Made by a program: the position numbers and the translations under genes. 64,000 bases of DNA from a virus. Lineage: Duplodnaviria > Heunggongvirae > Uroviricota > Caudoviricetes. The notes beneath the pieces are model-generated. The model was given only the letters and a program-made list of their open reading frames with translations, was not told where the DNA came from and did not search any database. Below, one piece after another: positions 37,543 through 47,945 of the stretch. Numbering within the stretch: position 1 is the stretch's first letter; every line of letters begins with the position of its first letter. The stretch is from IMG/VR virus record IMGVR_UViG_3300027608_000017. The stretch is one strand, 5' to 3'.

Positions 37543-40500
37543 ATGCCCGCTGATTTCCTCGAAGCCCTCGCCGTTGCCGCCGCCCATTACCTGCCCGAGC
37601 ATGAGTTTTCGGCAATGCCAGCCGATCTACCGCAGACGAAATATACAGGGAACAAGCCATACACAGGGAAGTTGCCGACCGGAACGGTAGGGCGCAAAGT
37701 CGCCTTACCTCCACCGCCACTCATCCACGGGACGGACGCCGCCGGATACCGGACTTCATTCGCGCCGACAGGCGGCGCGACCAAGGCAGCGGCCGATCCA
37801 TACACGGGCACATTCGGCCCGAAGCCACCTCCACCGCCAGAGATGGTAAGATTGAAGGAGCCGAGTCACTCGGACTTCCAAGTGCCGTTCCCCGCTGACG
37901 CACACCGCGAACACCTCAGTGGCCTGGCCAGCATAGCAAAAAGCAATCCGGCGGCACTCCACCGGGACGATCACGCGGCCCTGTTGAGGCACTTCAGCAC
38001 TCAGGCAAATCGGTTCTCCGATCGCGTCAAACGCGGCGAAAAAGTATGGCAGGGCGAGGCCGATCACTTCCAAGATGCCTCGCGAAGCCTGTCGAACCAC
38101 ATGACCAGGCAGCAGCAGTTTTCTCGGCGATCCACCCCCGAGGAGATCGCGGCGAACGAAGCCGAGCCGACGCATATCCGGCGTCTCAAGATGCCGGACC
38201 ACAAGGATTTCCATTCCGGCTATAGCTACGGCGAGACGTTTCACGGGCACGTCAACGACATGGCCGACCTGGCCGTAGCTGACCCGAGCCGCATTCACCC
38301 CGACGACCATCCGGCACTGCATCACTATTTCGGGAAAAATCTGCACATCAAGCGCATGGGGCAGGCGTCCAAAATTCTGCGGGAACATGCCGCCAAGTCA
38401 GCAGAGTCAGCCAAGAAGCCATCGCCGCAGAAGCCCAACTATCGCGTGACGTTCTCGCGCGAGGAGACGGCGACGGAGTTCGCCCGCAAGGCCAAACCCG
38501 CCGCCGGTCAGAAGTCGATGTTTGGCGATGACGACGACGAGCCGAGCGCACCCGCTCCAGCACCAGCGGCGCAGGCGATCACACCCACCAAGGCCGGTGC
38601 CGGAGACTGGGACGAAGACTTGCACCCGCGCGGCGATCACGGCAAGTGGGCGCTGGCGGAATCGCACGAGCCGCAGCCGAACCACATCCACGCTGACGTG
38701 CGCGACCACGAAGGCGAGACGATGGGCTATCTCTCGCATCCTCACGACGGGACGACGAATGGCATCCGCGCGGCCCACGCCGAGGCCAAGGAGGGGTTGA
38801 CCTCGGCCGGTCACGACTGGTCGAGTCCTCACACTCGCTGGGGCGCGACAGACCACACTGGGGAGCCACGGCATCACATCAGTCACGACGGCCAGCAATT
38901 GACGGACGTGGCCGATCCCCGCAACGCCCAGCGCGGCCCAGGTGGCTTTGAGGCACCGCCGAAGAAGGCGCGACCAGCACCATACCCGAAGGCGCCGGAA
39001 CGAGAAGACCGCAAAGCGGAAAGGGAAAGCGCATTCTATCCCAAGCAGGCAGCGGAGCCAGCCATCCCCGCCGACCTCGCCGAAAAGTACCCGTCGTTGG
39101 TGGAGCCGCACGCCGCTGCCCCCGAGCCGGAGCAGCACTGGTATGGGATGCACAACCGCCCGCCCGCGATCGGCGCGATCCCCAAGGGGAACTACGACCA
39201 CAAGCCCCACGACGAGTTCCGGCACGGGCAGATTTCGTATGGCAGGCCGCTCACTGAAAAGGAGCAGTACGACTACGAACTGACTCCGATTCGCAACGAT
39301 TCAGAAATTCCCGCGCTGGCGAGGGGCGTTGCCGAACGAATGGGACCGTACGTCGCGAAGTATTTGGCACCGGGCGCAGAGAAGCTGCTCAATGGGTTTC
39401 TCCGCCATGGACAATCCGCAAAAGATCTTGGGCACGTCGATCCCGAGAAGATTAAGGCCGAACTGCGGAAACAGCACGGATCAACCGAATCCACTCCCAG
39501 CGTCGCGGCCCAGGAGGAAGCTCCAGTCGGGAAACCGGCGAGCGACGCGCAGGAGGGGGCCAGTGACGGCCGGGAATCCGTAAGCAACGACACGCTGTTC
39601 AAGCGATCCGGCCAGCAGTTCGAGGAAATTCAAAAGTCACTCGGCATCACCAAGCCGCAGATGGGACAGCAGGGAGCCGACGCCGTGCGCAAGGCTTTGG
39701 CGTCTCGCGTCGGCGGCCCCGTGATCGCCGAGATGCTCAAGGTCCACGAGCATAGCCCGGACGCATTCGCGAGACACGGATTCGCCACCGGCACCGAGGC
39801 TTATCGCGACTCGCTGAGTGGGAAGTTCTCGAAAGAGCAGTTGCTCGACGCCTCGCGATTCGCGGCCGGACACGAAAACGGCGATATGTCGCGGTTCGTG
39901 CGCGACAGCATTCGCGGCGCGACAGCGACAGACGGTGGTGTTAGCGCCGAGGACCACGCACGCGCGCATCAGGCTGGCAGCCTAGATCGTCTCGCGAAAT
40001 CGCAAGGCGCAGATGAGGCGAAGGCGACGAAGCGGCAGGCCGATGATTTGATGGTTCCGTCACCGCCCGCGTCAGGTGACGCGAATCATGGCTCGCCAGC
40101 TTCTTCCGAGGCTGACTCAGAATGGAACCACCAGCACTCCGACCAAGAGAAGGGCTATCGAGAGCAGGAGCGGACGTTTAGCGAGGTCATGAATGATCCG
40201 AGCAAGTCGTCGCTGAGGGATTTGACGCTGGCGTATGGACAGGGCACGCACCTGATGCGGCACTGGGACCGTCGCGCCGAACGCGGAGAGATCACAGCCC
40301 AGCAGCGCGACGACCACAATGACGGGATGCGGCGTGAACTCGACCACATCAGTAGCCTCCAGAGGGACTACATCAACGGGCGGAAAGCCGCGCCCGCCGA
40401 CGACATGAGCCGCGCCGAGAAGATTGCCGAAGAGGCGTATCACTCGAAGACGCCGCTGGAGTCAGTCGCTCGCAACATGGGATTGACCAAGAGCGAATGG

Positions 40501-43500
40501 CATGACGAACGAGCCGCAGCATCGAAGCTCCACGGCGAGTTGAGTCAGTACGATGGCGAGCCTGCGCAGCCGAGCAAGGCCCGCGCGAAGGCGATGGCGA
40601 GTCAGCAGGCCAAGCAGGCAGCGGAGCCGCTCCCCGCCGACATCGCCGAGAAGTACCCGTCGTTGGTGGAGCCGAAGCCAAGCCACAAGCACATCCCTCT
40701 GTACCAGAACCCGCCAAAACGAGAGGGCGATCTCGAAGTTGACCACGACCCCGACTACCATGTGACGCGACACGCCGACAGGCTGAATGACGCAATCACA
40801 GACGCCAAGGAGAGCGGCGGGATAGACGCACCGTCGATCCAGAGCCGACACCGAATCGCCAAGGGGCTGAGTCCCGACGAGATGACGCGGCTCGGCGAGC
40901 ATCTCGGGATCGAAGACACCTCGCCCCGTGGTGTGCAGGAACACATTCAGGCTCAATTGGAAGACGCGATCAGCCAGCACGGACAGAACACCTACGCCGC
41001 CGCCGGATCGAACCCCGGCAATCGCCCAGACGACTCATCGGGAGCAGAACGCCGAGTCAAGGCCGCCGCCGCGAAGCTAGTGGAACTGGACGACAAGCCG
41101 TTCTCGCCGTACTGGCAAGACAAACGATCCGAGGCCAAGAAGGAACTCGCCGCCGCTAAGGACGAGATGAATCGGTCCACGAATGCCGCGCGAGACTCCA
41201 AGCCGGAGGCAGCGAAGCCATTCCGGCCCGAGGCGGTCCCCGGCCAACAGATGGGCATGTTCGGCGAGGAGAGATCGGGACAAAAGCAACTCTTCAACGT
41301 CGTGAAGCCGAAGCGAGGCGACAAGCCGCAAGCTGTCGCGCCGTCAGAATTGGAGAGGATCGGCGACGAGATTGACGCACGTCAGGCGGAACGTCAGCCG
41401 CTGCCGGGGCAGAAGTCGATCGCGGAACCTGAAGATCAAGAAGACGAGAAGACGTTTCCATCGCAATCTGAAGTCGATTTCGCGAAGACTCTAGCCCAAA
41501 AACATGGTTCTCCAGTCTCTCCCGTAACATCAGCAAGCGGGCGACATGAGTTGGCGTCTCGGTTCAGTAACATGCTGGAAAGGGCCGCAGGCAAGTCCAC
41601 AGACGAATTGGAGTTGGAACAAATCCTGTCAGCGGCAAAGGGGAAGACGGATGAGAGCCGCGTTGCATGGGCGATTGCAAACAATCCGCATTCAAGCGAC
41701 GCCGTGTTCGAGAAAGCAAAAGCAAACGAGGCGATGAGGGAGATGTCTCCCGATTCCGCCATCAGCCACCTTGATGCCCGCCGAGCCGAATTGAGGAAGA
41801 ATCGCGGCCTTGCGGCACCATCGCAGTCGATCGAGGAGCAGTACCCGTCGCTGAAGGAGCCACCGGCAGGCGATATCGCCAAGCGAGTCTCGAACGACGA
41901 GTTCGCCGACGGGGACTGGGATCAGGCCCACAGCGGACTCGCCAGCGAAATCGTCCAGTCGAAGATGGTTCAGGGCATGAAGGGGATCGAAGGCCGCGAG
42001 TACGGGATGCGCGAGCATTCCCCCGGCAAGTGGCAGATGGTTTCACGACCGGGCAAGACGGCGGAACAGATCAAACGAGACAAGCCATCAACCCAGCGAG
42101 AAGCAGACGAAGCAGTCGTCTCGTCGAATATGCGATCCAATCTCTTTGATGAAATGAGGGACGAAAAAACGCAGTCGGATCGCAAGGAAAAAGTATCGAA
42201 ATGGAGGGGCCAGTACGCCGATTCGCCGCGAGAGAACATCGCCTCTGGAGACATAGCAAGGCACGACTGGGAAAAGGCTATTCAAAACGGAGTTGCGCCA
42301 GCACGTCTCTCCGAGATGGTTGAAGACGCAATCAGGTCGGGCGCTTTAGACGCCGGTGTCGGGAAGCACCTGAAGGAAAAATTCTCCGTCGAGGAGCAGT
42401 ACCCGTCGCTGAAGGAGCCAGCGGCACCCGAAGGCGCGGATGAGTCGCACTACCGCGACAACCTGAAGGACATAAAGAAACACGCGGCGACTGCTAAGGC
42501 CGTCGCAAACTCAGGCGTCAACGCCGGTCACAGTGTGCAGAAAATGATGTCGGACTTCCGAGATAACGGGATGATGGAGGGGGACGCGCGCCGGACAATT
42601 CTCGACGCATTCGACCGCACGGGTGTCCCTGTCAATCACGGAGACGCGAAGACGGCGGAACCAGCGTCCGTCGATCACAAAGAGGCCGAGCTACTCCGAC
42701 AGCAGATCGCGAAACTGGAGGGACACGCTGAGAAGCTGGACAAGGGCGCGGCGTCACTCAAGGCGAAAGAATACAAGCCGAACAGCGGGCGGATCACGAA
42801 GCTCGACCAGTTCGGCGAAGAGGTGGGAACGCAATCCATCGGCGACGTGAACGAGAGGCGTCGATCAAGGTCGATTGACCTATCGAGCCACCAGTCACAG
42901 GAGAACCGCGAACTCGTCGCGAAGCTCAAGGGGAAACTCGCTGCCACCGAGAAGCGGATCGAGAGGGATGCGCCGTATCAGGACGACGGCAAAACAGAAG
43001 ACGAACTGATGGGCGAATGGCTGAAGGAGACTCACCCGGAGCTGGCAAACAAGTCTCCGAAGGCTGAACCGCCAACTTCCGGCCGAGAGAACAACGCAAA
43101 GATCATCCGCGCCGAGAAGAAAATCTCTGACCTGCGACAGGAGAAGGCGCGGCTCGCGCCGGGCCTGAAGATCCCCCACAAGGCCAGCGAGGCGGAACTC
43201 GGGATCGCGGCTCTCGATGCCAGGATCGCGAAGGCGCAAAAGTCACTGGATCAGGTGAAGGCCGAGTCCGGCTTCAAGTCCGCGCCGGACATCACCGACC
43301 AGTACCCGTCGCTGAAGGAACCGGAAGCGGTGGCGAAGCAGCCTCATGAGATGACAAAGGACGAGTACGTCCGACAGTTGCCGGAAGGTGAAGAATACCA
43401 GCGGCACGCCAAGGAGTGGGCAGCAATTTCCGGCGACAAGGAATTAAGGAGACTGTCAAGGCAGCAAGAGGAACATGGATGGGAGAAGCCTCCCACTTAC

Positions 43501-45510
43501 AGCGACAGGCGTCGCAAGTGGGATACCGACAATAGTCGAATAGAGGCCGCGATTTCATCTAGGGTTGCGTCGCTTGGCCTTCCACCAGAAGCAGAGCCTA
43601 TGGTCAGAGTCCTGACCGTCCGCGAGGCGCAGCACAACAAGGCGATGGTGCAGAACGGGAAGACCCCGGAGCAGCAGTCAATCGACGAGCCGGAAGCGGT
43701 GGCGGATAAAAACGCCAGCACTTCCGCGCAAGTGAGTGCGAAACGATCCACGGCAGAGTTCCTGAAGACGCACAAGGACCAAGTGGCGAAGCGGGCCAAG
43801 AAGAACCCCTCTCCAAAATTCTCCCACGAGGCCGAAGCGGAAGCTGTGGCTCAGAACCGGGCCGCTGCCGATGCGAGGCAAGCCGCCAAGTCCACCGCCG
43901 ACATCACCCAGCAATACCCGTCACTCGCGGAACCGAAGGCGGAAGATTCAGCCGCAACAGAACCGGCACACAAGCAGTACGACATCTACGAAACGCACGC
44001 CAGGAACCACCCCGACGGCGCGAGGACGATGCACGCCGTGGCCATGCGGGAAGACGGCAAGCGAGGATTCGGGGACACGCTCCACAACACCCACGAAGAG
44101 GCGGTCGCACACATTGAACATGCAAAGGTCGCCGCGAAGAACAAGCAGGAGTGGCAGGCCAAGGTTGCGGCCGACGAAGCAGACAAGGAGAAGGCCAAGG
44201 CCGAGAAAAACGACCTCGGCGGCTACGAAAGCACGCTATCTGCCGCCTCAAGAGGCAAGGCCGTCGAGCATCTCGACAAGCTGGCCAGGCTCGACGGGAA
44301 GGATGCCCGCCTCAAGGACCACGTCAAGCGGCTGGTGGAGGCGGGCGAGGTCACGTCCACCCGAGACGAGGACAAGGTGAAGCCGATGACGCGGACGCAG
44401 TTCAACCGCGCCGACAACGCCCAACAAGAAGCCCACGAAAAGAAGATGAAAGCGGGCGGCACGAAGACCAACTACCTGCTCGGCGGCTGGAACGTAGGCA
44501 AGCTGGCCCATGACTACGCGAACCATCTGATCGCCAAGAAGGGGGCCGCTGACATCACGAAGCAATACCCGTCACTGGCGGAACCGAAGGCCAAGGAGCC
44601 GCACGAGATGACGTGGCAGGAGATCAAAGGCGGACACGCCAGCGAACGCGCAGCGATTCCGTCTCAAGTGGCGGCGGCGGAGTCCGAGTACGCACAGGCT
44701 CGATCGGGTTTCGACGCGGAGTCGAAAAAATCAATGGACCGCGTCAGGGCGATTTCCGCCAAGGTGAGACGACTGAATCCCACTGGCGACACTGCGGACA
44801 TCGACTCAGACAGCCAGAAGGCCGTTGAAAAGCTCAAGAGCGAATGGGACACGATCTCGAACAGGCTTCGCGATCAGGAAGCACCGCACCGCAGCGATTT
44901 TGTTGCCGCGCGGATGCCGCAAAGCAAGCTCCCATCTGGACAGCACGAACACCGAACTCTTGTGGCCAAGGCCATCTCGGACGGCAAGATCGCATCGCAC
45001 CCCGATTACCCAGAACTATCCGAAAAGGACGAACAGGAACCCGAGATGAACGGCTGGTCCCCCGAGAACCACGTCAAGGTCGCCGCCGACTCGATCCAGA
45101 AGCTACGCGGCCAAGATGTTCACCGCCTGCTCGACTCAGCACCGCCCGAGGGAATGGAGAAAATGGCGAAGTACATCCTCAAGCACCGGCCAGAACTCGT
45201 GGGCGACATCCGCGACGCCAAGATCGACATTCAGGACGAGCGAGGGCAACAGTTCAGCCGAGAGGAAGAGACCTGCGAGGGCGCGACCTGCTCGCCGCGC
45301 GAAGCCCTCGTCAAATGTCTCCACGAGTGCCTGAACCACGACGGGCAGGCCGACATCGAACACGAGGACACCGACGGCTCGATTGAGTCGATGATCCCCG
45401 CAGACCCGAGCCAGCTTGACCGACACGTAGCGGAAACTATAAGAACTTTCGCGGAAGTTTCACCAAAACTGGCGAAGGCGCTGGCGGCATACCAAGGGGG
45501 ACGATCGTGA
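37543..45510 (+). CDS. giant 2655-aa Glu/Lys/Asp/Ala-rich protein with 7 periodic QYPSL[KVA]EP motifs and N-terminal tandem domains
   Basis: Uninterrupted 7968-nt ORF with protein-like composition throughout; conserved motif block DITxQYPSLxEPxAxEPHEMT recurs. Confidence 0.7.
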   Translation: MPADFLEALAVAAAHYLPEHEFSAMPADLPQTKYTGNKPYTGKLPTGTVGRKVALPPPPLIHGTDAAGYRTSFAPTGGATKAAADPYTGTFGPKPPPPPEMVRLKEPSHSDFQVPFPADAHREHLSGLASIAKSNPAALHRDDHAALLRHFSTQANRFSDRVKRGEKVWQGEADHFQDASRSLSNHMTRQQQFSRRSTPEEIAANEAEPTHIRRLKMPDHKDFHSGYSYGETFHGHVNDMADLAVADPSRIHPDDHPALHHYFGKNLHIKRMGQASKILREHAAKSAESAKKPSPQKPNYRVTFSREETATEFARKAKPAAGQKSMFGDDDDEPSAPAPAPAAQAITPTKAGAGDWDEDLHPRGDHGKWALAESHEPQPNHIHADVRDHEGETMGYLSHPHDGTTNGIRAAHAEAKEGLTSAGHDWSSPHTRWGATDHTGEPRHHISHDGQQLTDVADPRNAQRGPGGFEAPPKKARPAPYPKAPEREDRKAERESAFYPKQAAEPAIPADLAEKYPSLVEPHAAAPEPEQHWYGMHNRPPAIGAIPKGNYDHKPHDEFRHGQISYGRPLTEKEQYDYELTPIRNDSEIPALARGVAERMGPYVAKYLAPGAEKLLNGFLRHGQSAKDLGHVDPEKIKAELRKQHGSTESTPSVAAQEEAPVGKPASDAQEGASDGRESVSNDTLFKRSGQQFEEIQKSLGITKPQMGQQGADAVRKALASRVGGPVIAEMLKVHEHSPDAFARHGFATGTEAYRDSLSGKFSKEQLLDASRFAAGHENGDMSRFVRDSIRGATATDGGVSAEDHARAHQAGSLDRLAKSQGADEAKATKRQADDLMVPSPPASGDANHGSPASSEADSEWNHQHSDQEKGYREQERTFSEVMNDPSKSSLRDLTLAYGQGTHLMRHWDRRAERGEITAQQRDDHNDGMRRELDHISSLQRDYINGRKAAPADDMSRAEKIAEEAYHSKTPLESVARNMGLTKSEWHDERAAASKLHGELSQYDGEPAQPSKARAKAMASQQAKQAAEPLPADIAEKYPSLVEPKPSHKHIPLYQNPPKREGDLEVDHDPDYHVTRHADRLNDAITDAKESGGIDAPSIQSRHRIAKGLSPDEMTRLGEHLGIEDTSPRGVQEHIQAQLEDAISQHGQNTYAAAGSNPGNRPDDSSGAERRVKAAAAKLVELDDKPFSPYWQDKRSEAKKELAAAKDEMNRSTNAARDSKPEAAKPFRPEAVPGQQMGMFGEERSGQKQLFNVVKPKRGDKPQAVAPSELERIGDEIDARQAERQPLPGQKSIAEPEDQEDEKTFPSQSEVDFAKTLAQKHGSPVSPVTSASGRHELASRFSNMLERAAGKSTDELELEQILSAAKGKTDESRVAWAIANNPHSSDAVFEKAKANEAMREMSPDSAISHLDARRAELRKNRGLAAPSQSIEEQYPSLKEPPAGDIAKRVSNDEFADGDWDQAHSGLASEIVQSKMVQGMKGIEGREYGMREHSPGKWQMVSRPGKTAEQIKRDKPSTQREADEAVVSSNMRSNLFDEMRDEKTQSDRKEKVSKWRGQYADSPRENIASGDIARHDWEKAIQNGVAPARLSEMVEDAIRSGALDAGVGKHLKEKFSVEEQYPSLKEPAAPEGADESHYRDNLKDIKKHAATAKAVANSGVNAGHSVQKMMSDFRDNGMMEGDARRTILDAFDRTGVPVNHGDAKTAEPASVDHKEAELLRQQIAKLEGHAEKLDKGAASLKAKEYKPNSGRITKLDQFGEEVGTQSIGDVNERRRSRSIDLSSHQSQENRELVAKLKGKLAATEKRIERDAPYQDDGKTEDELMGEWLKETHPELANKSPKAEPPTSGRENNAKIIRAEKKISDLRQEKARLAPGLKIPHKASEAELGIAALDARIAKAQKSLDQVKAESGFKSAPDITDQYPSLKEPEAVAKQPHEMTKDEYVRQLPEGEEYQRHAKEWAAISGDKELRRLSRQQEEHGWEKPPTYSDRRRKWDTDNSRIEAAISSRVASLGLPPEAEPMVRVLTVREAQHNKAMVQNGKTPEQQSIDEPEAVADKNASTSAQVSAKRSTAEFLKTHKDQVAKRAKKNPSPKFSHEAEAEAVAQNRAAADARQAAKSTADITQQYPSLAEPKAEDSAATEPAHKQYDIYETHARNHPDGARTMHAVAMREDGKRGFGDTLHNTHEEAVAHIEHAKVAAKNKQEWQAKVAADEADKEKAKAEKNDLGGYESTLSAASRGKAVEHLDKLARLDGKDARLKDHVKRLVEAGEVTSTRDEDKVKPMTRTQFNRADNAQQEAHEKKMKAGGTKTNYLLGGWNVGKLAHDYANHLIAKKGAADITKQYPSLAEPKAKEPHEMTWQEIKGGHASERAAIPSQVAAAESEYAQARSGFDAESKKSMDRVRAISAKVRRLNPTGDTADIDSDSQKAVEKLKSEWDTISNRLRDQEAPHRSDFVAARMPQSKLPSGQHEHRTLVAKAISDGKIASHPDYPELSEKDEQEPEMNGWSPENHVKVAADSIQKLRGQDVHRLLDSAPPEGMEKMAKYILKHRPELVGDIRDAKIDIQDERGQQFSREEETCEGATCSPREALVKCLHECLNHDGQADIEHEDTDGSIESMIPADPSQLDRHVAETIRTFAEVSPKLAKALAAYQGGRS

Positions 45511-46103
45511 CTCGAAAGGAAACCGCGATCTACGTCACGGGGCTGCTGCTGGCGTGCGGGCTAATCTGGATGGGATCGTTGCCGATCGTCCCGCCAGCAC
45601 CCGAGAGTGTCGTCGCGCCGCAGTTGTCACCGGCCCCTGCCCCAGCCATCGACGAGGCTCAGGCCGAAGCCGATCGCGATCCGTGGGAGGACGAGCCGGG
45701 AGGCGACGCCCTGCCCTACGGCGCATCCGCGTCGCGGGGCAACGCTTGGGCCAAGGCTCGCGACGCCTACCGCAAAACGCACCCGACGTGCGCGGCGTGT
45801 GGTTGCTCGGGGTCGATCGCGATCCACCACGTCAGGCCCTGGCATCTGTGTGAGGCTGAAGAAGACCAGTGGATGAGGACCGATCCAGCGAATCTCGTTG
45901 CGCTCTGCACCTGCAACGGATCAGATGGCAGCGGAAAGCACAACTGCCACTGGATCCACGGCCACCTCGCTATGAACTGGAAGGCCAGCAATCCCAACGT
46001 GCGGGCCGACGCCGAACGATTCCGCCAAGCCCGCATTGCAGCCGCCCGTCAACTCGAACTCGAAAAGAATCCCGATGCCAGCGATCCCCGAAACTGCGAG
46101 TAA
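45507..46103 (+). CDS. HNH endonuclease with N-terminal membrane anchor
   Basis: CAACGC...IHHVRPW...NLVALC...CHWIHGH; GTGA overlap with the giant gene. Confidence 0.7.
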   Translation: MTRKETAIYVTGLLLACGLIWMGSLPIVPPAPESVVAPQLSPAPAPAIDEAQAEADRDPWEDEPGGDALPYGASASRGNAWAKARDAYRKTHPTCAACGCSGSIAIHHVRPWHLCEAEEDQWMRTDPANLVALCTCNGSDGSGKHNCHWIHGHLAMNWKASNPNVRADAERFRQARIAAARQLELEKNPDASDPRNCE

Positions 46104-46290
46104 GCCGATCCCCAATCCCGGCTCCAAGGAAGCCATCGAGCAAAATTGCTCGTGTGCAGTCCTCGATAACGGCCACGGGCGAGGCTGCGGGCGCTTCGAC
46201 GAACACGGGAAGCCGCTGTTCTGGATTACGTGGGAATGCCCGCTCCACTCACCGAAACCACCCGCCAAAAGCGAGGCCGCCCCTGTTTGA
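46075..46290 (+). CDS. small Cys-rich protein
   Basis: CSCAVLDNGHGRGCGRFDEHG...ECPLH; uncertain. Confidence 0.3.
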   Translation: MPAIPETASKPIPNPGSKEAIEQNCSCAVLDNGHGRGCGRFDEHGKPLFWITWECPLHSPKPPAKSEAAPV

Positions 46291-46291
46291 A

Positions 46292-46771
46292 TTGTGGTTC
46301 TACAAGGCCCAGTTCGGCACCTGGCAGGACAAGTTCATCTCGTGGTGGACGGTCGGCCCGTACTCGCATGTGGAACTCGTGTTTCCCGACGGCCGCTGCT
46401 TCTCGTCCAGCCCGCGCGATGACGGCGTCAGGGTGACGCGCATCCCGCCGTCAGATCACTGGACGGTGGTGAAGTTGCCGCAGATGCCCACCAGCCCGGC
46501 AGGCGCTCTCGCCGTGTCGCTGGAGTGCGCCCGATTCATCGGGCGGGGCTACGACTGGCTAGGCTGCTTCGGCTGCTGGACGGGCGTCTCCAGCGTCCAC
46601 GACGGCAACCGCTGGTACTGCTCCGAGATCGTGATTCACATGCTCAATCGGTTCGCCGTCGGCCCGGCGATCCCCGAGCGACTGAATCCCAACAGGCTGT
46701 TCGATCACTTGGCGACAGCAGGTCTTCGCGCCTCAAACCCGTCGGCCAGCACCTGCGCGACGCGCGACTGA
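46292..46771 (+). CDS. possible permuted NlpC/P60-like (His before Cys) hydrolase
   Basis: YSHVELVF...RGYDW...NRWYCSEIV; start codon uncertain (TTG). Confidence 0.3.
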   Translation: MWFYKAQFGTWQDKFISWWTVGPYSHVELVFPDGRCFSSSPRDDGVRVTRIPPSDHWTVVKLPQMPTSPAGALAVSLECARFIGRGYDWLGCFGCWTGVSSVHDGNRWYCSEIVIHMLNRFAVGPAIPERLNPNRLFDHLATAGLRASNPSASTCATRD

Positions 46772-47331
46772 ATCTCGCGATCCCGCAGCGCGAACTCGCC
46801 GTCGAGGATGCAGTTGTAGACGCCGCCCGAGAGATCGACTTCCTCGCCCCGTTCGGCCGAGACCGACAGGATCGCCTCGGCCCATGCCTCGGCCGGGATG
46901 TATTGGTTCGCGAACACATAGGTTGCACCGCCACGGACCAGCACGGCACCGGGTTGCGGGCAGTCTGTCGCGAACTCAGGCACGGCACCACGTTGACCGC
47001 GCGTTCCCTTGCAGGACGCCGGGGCAATCCGCCCGTCCGGCAGCAGCCAGCCCTCGGAACTGTATTCCATGTCGATCGAGCCATCGAAGCCGCCGAACTT
47101 GTAGCAGCGCGTGATCGCCTCAACGCTGTCCTGCATTGGGAAGCCGTCCCAATGGATGTTGACCGAGTTGTAGTCACTTGTGACAGAAAACTTGACGCCG
47201 GGGAATTCACTGGCGAGGCGAGCCTTGACCAACTTGCCCACGTCCTTGGCACTGATGTGAGCGCAGCCGTCGCCGTCTCGGGAATCGCGGGCGGCTTTGA
47301 TGATCTTGGTGATGGCGGGCGAGGGTTTCAT
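46705..47331 (-). CDS. hypothetical protein
   Basis: ATG 47331 (MKPSPAITKII...); first gene of the minus-strand small-gene array. Confidence 0.45.
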   Translation of the reverse strand: MKPSPAITKIIKAARDSRDGDGCAHISAKDVGKLVKARLASEFPGVKFSVTSDYNSVNIHWDGFPMQDSVEAITRCYKFGGFDGSIDMEYSSEGWLLPDGRIAPASCKGTRGQRGAVPEFATDCPQPGAVLVRGGATYVFANQYIPAEAWAEAILSVSAERGEEVDLSGGVYNCILDGEFALRDREIQSRVAQVLADGFEARRPAVAK

Positions 47332-47364
47332 GGTTCGTTTCGTTGTTGGTGGGCCGGTAATCAT

Positions 47365-47545
47365 GGCGACACGCTCAAGCGGAGAGCAGATTCTCAAGTC
47401 GTTCCGCCCAGTAGGTCGCTTCAGGGTCGGTGAACCCCCGCTTGGCAATGCGGAAGATTTCGCACAGCGTGGACGAGACTGGAATCGTTTGCGGCGTCAA
47501 CTCGGCGAGTTCAATGGCGGCTTCGAGTCGTTCGATGGGTGGCAT
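47365..47545 (-). CDS. small hypothetical protein (about 56 aa)
   Basis: MPPIERLEAAIELAELTPQTIP...; below the ORF-track cutoff, fits the strand context. Confidence 0.25.
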
Positions 47546-47592
47546 GGTTCGTTTCGTTCTTTGGGGTAGTGTTGGGATTGCACTGGCCGGGA

Positions 47593-47868
47593 TCAGGCGG
47601 ACGCTATCGCGGCCTCAGTAGCGCGGGCGTTCTCGACAGCCGACTCGAATCCCGTCCAGTCCACGTCGAGAGATTGCAGCGAGTCCCACGCTGGTTCCTG
47701 ACCTTCGGCGTGGACAAGAACTTGCGGCCATTCGCGGATGGCACCGTCAGCAGTCAGCGTCAATTCACCGAGTGTGTCGCGACCGTTCGTCGCGTCTTCG
47801 ACGAGCAGCCCGAGAGAGACGGTCGTTGAATCGACAGTCACCAGCAGCGATTTCCAATTGATCTTCAT
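47593..47868 (-). CDS. hypothetical protein
   Basis: 91 aa; preceded by conserved promoter-like element P1. Confidence 0.45.
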   Translation of the reverse strand: MKINWKSLLVTVDSTTVSLGLLVEDATNGRDTLGELTLTADGAIREWPQVLVHAEGQEPAWDSLQSLDVDWTGFESAVENARATEAAIASA

Positions 47869-47945
47869 CTTCGTTCCCCTTGTTTGAGTTTCGTTCCGTC
47901 ACCACCAAGTGATACCCAAGGCCACCGCGTTGTTAGCGCGAAATC
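47869..47945 (-). promoter_or_regulatory. conserved promoter/leader element P1
   Basis: On the minus strand: GATTTCGCGCTAACAAC-N-GGGTATCACTTGGTGG...AAACTCAAACAAGGGGAACGAAGATG. Confidence 0.5.

Noticed and set aside
47101-47569. ORFs 47101..47544 (-) and 47297..47569 (+)
   Set aside because: They overlap the better-supported minus-strand genes 46705..47331 and 47365..47545 in other frames or strands, and have junk-like composition.
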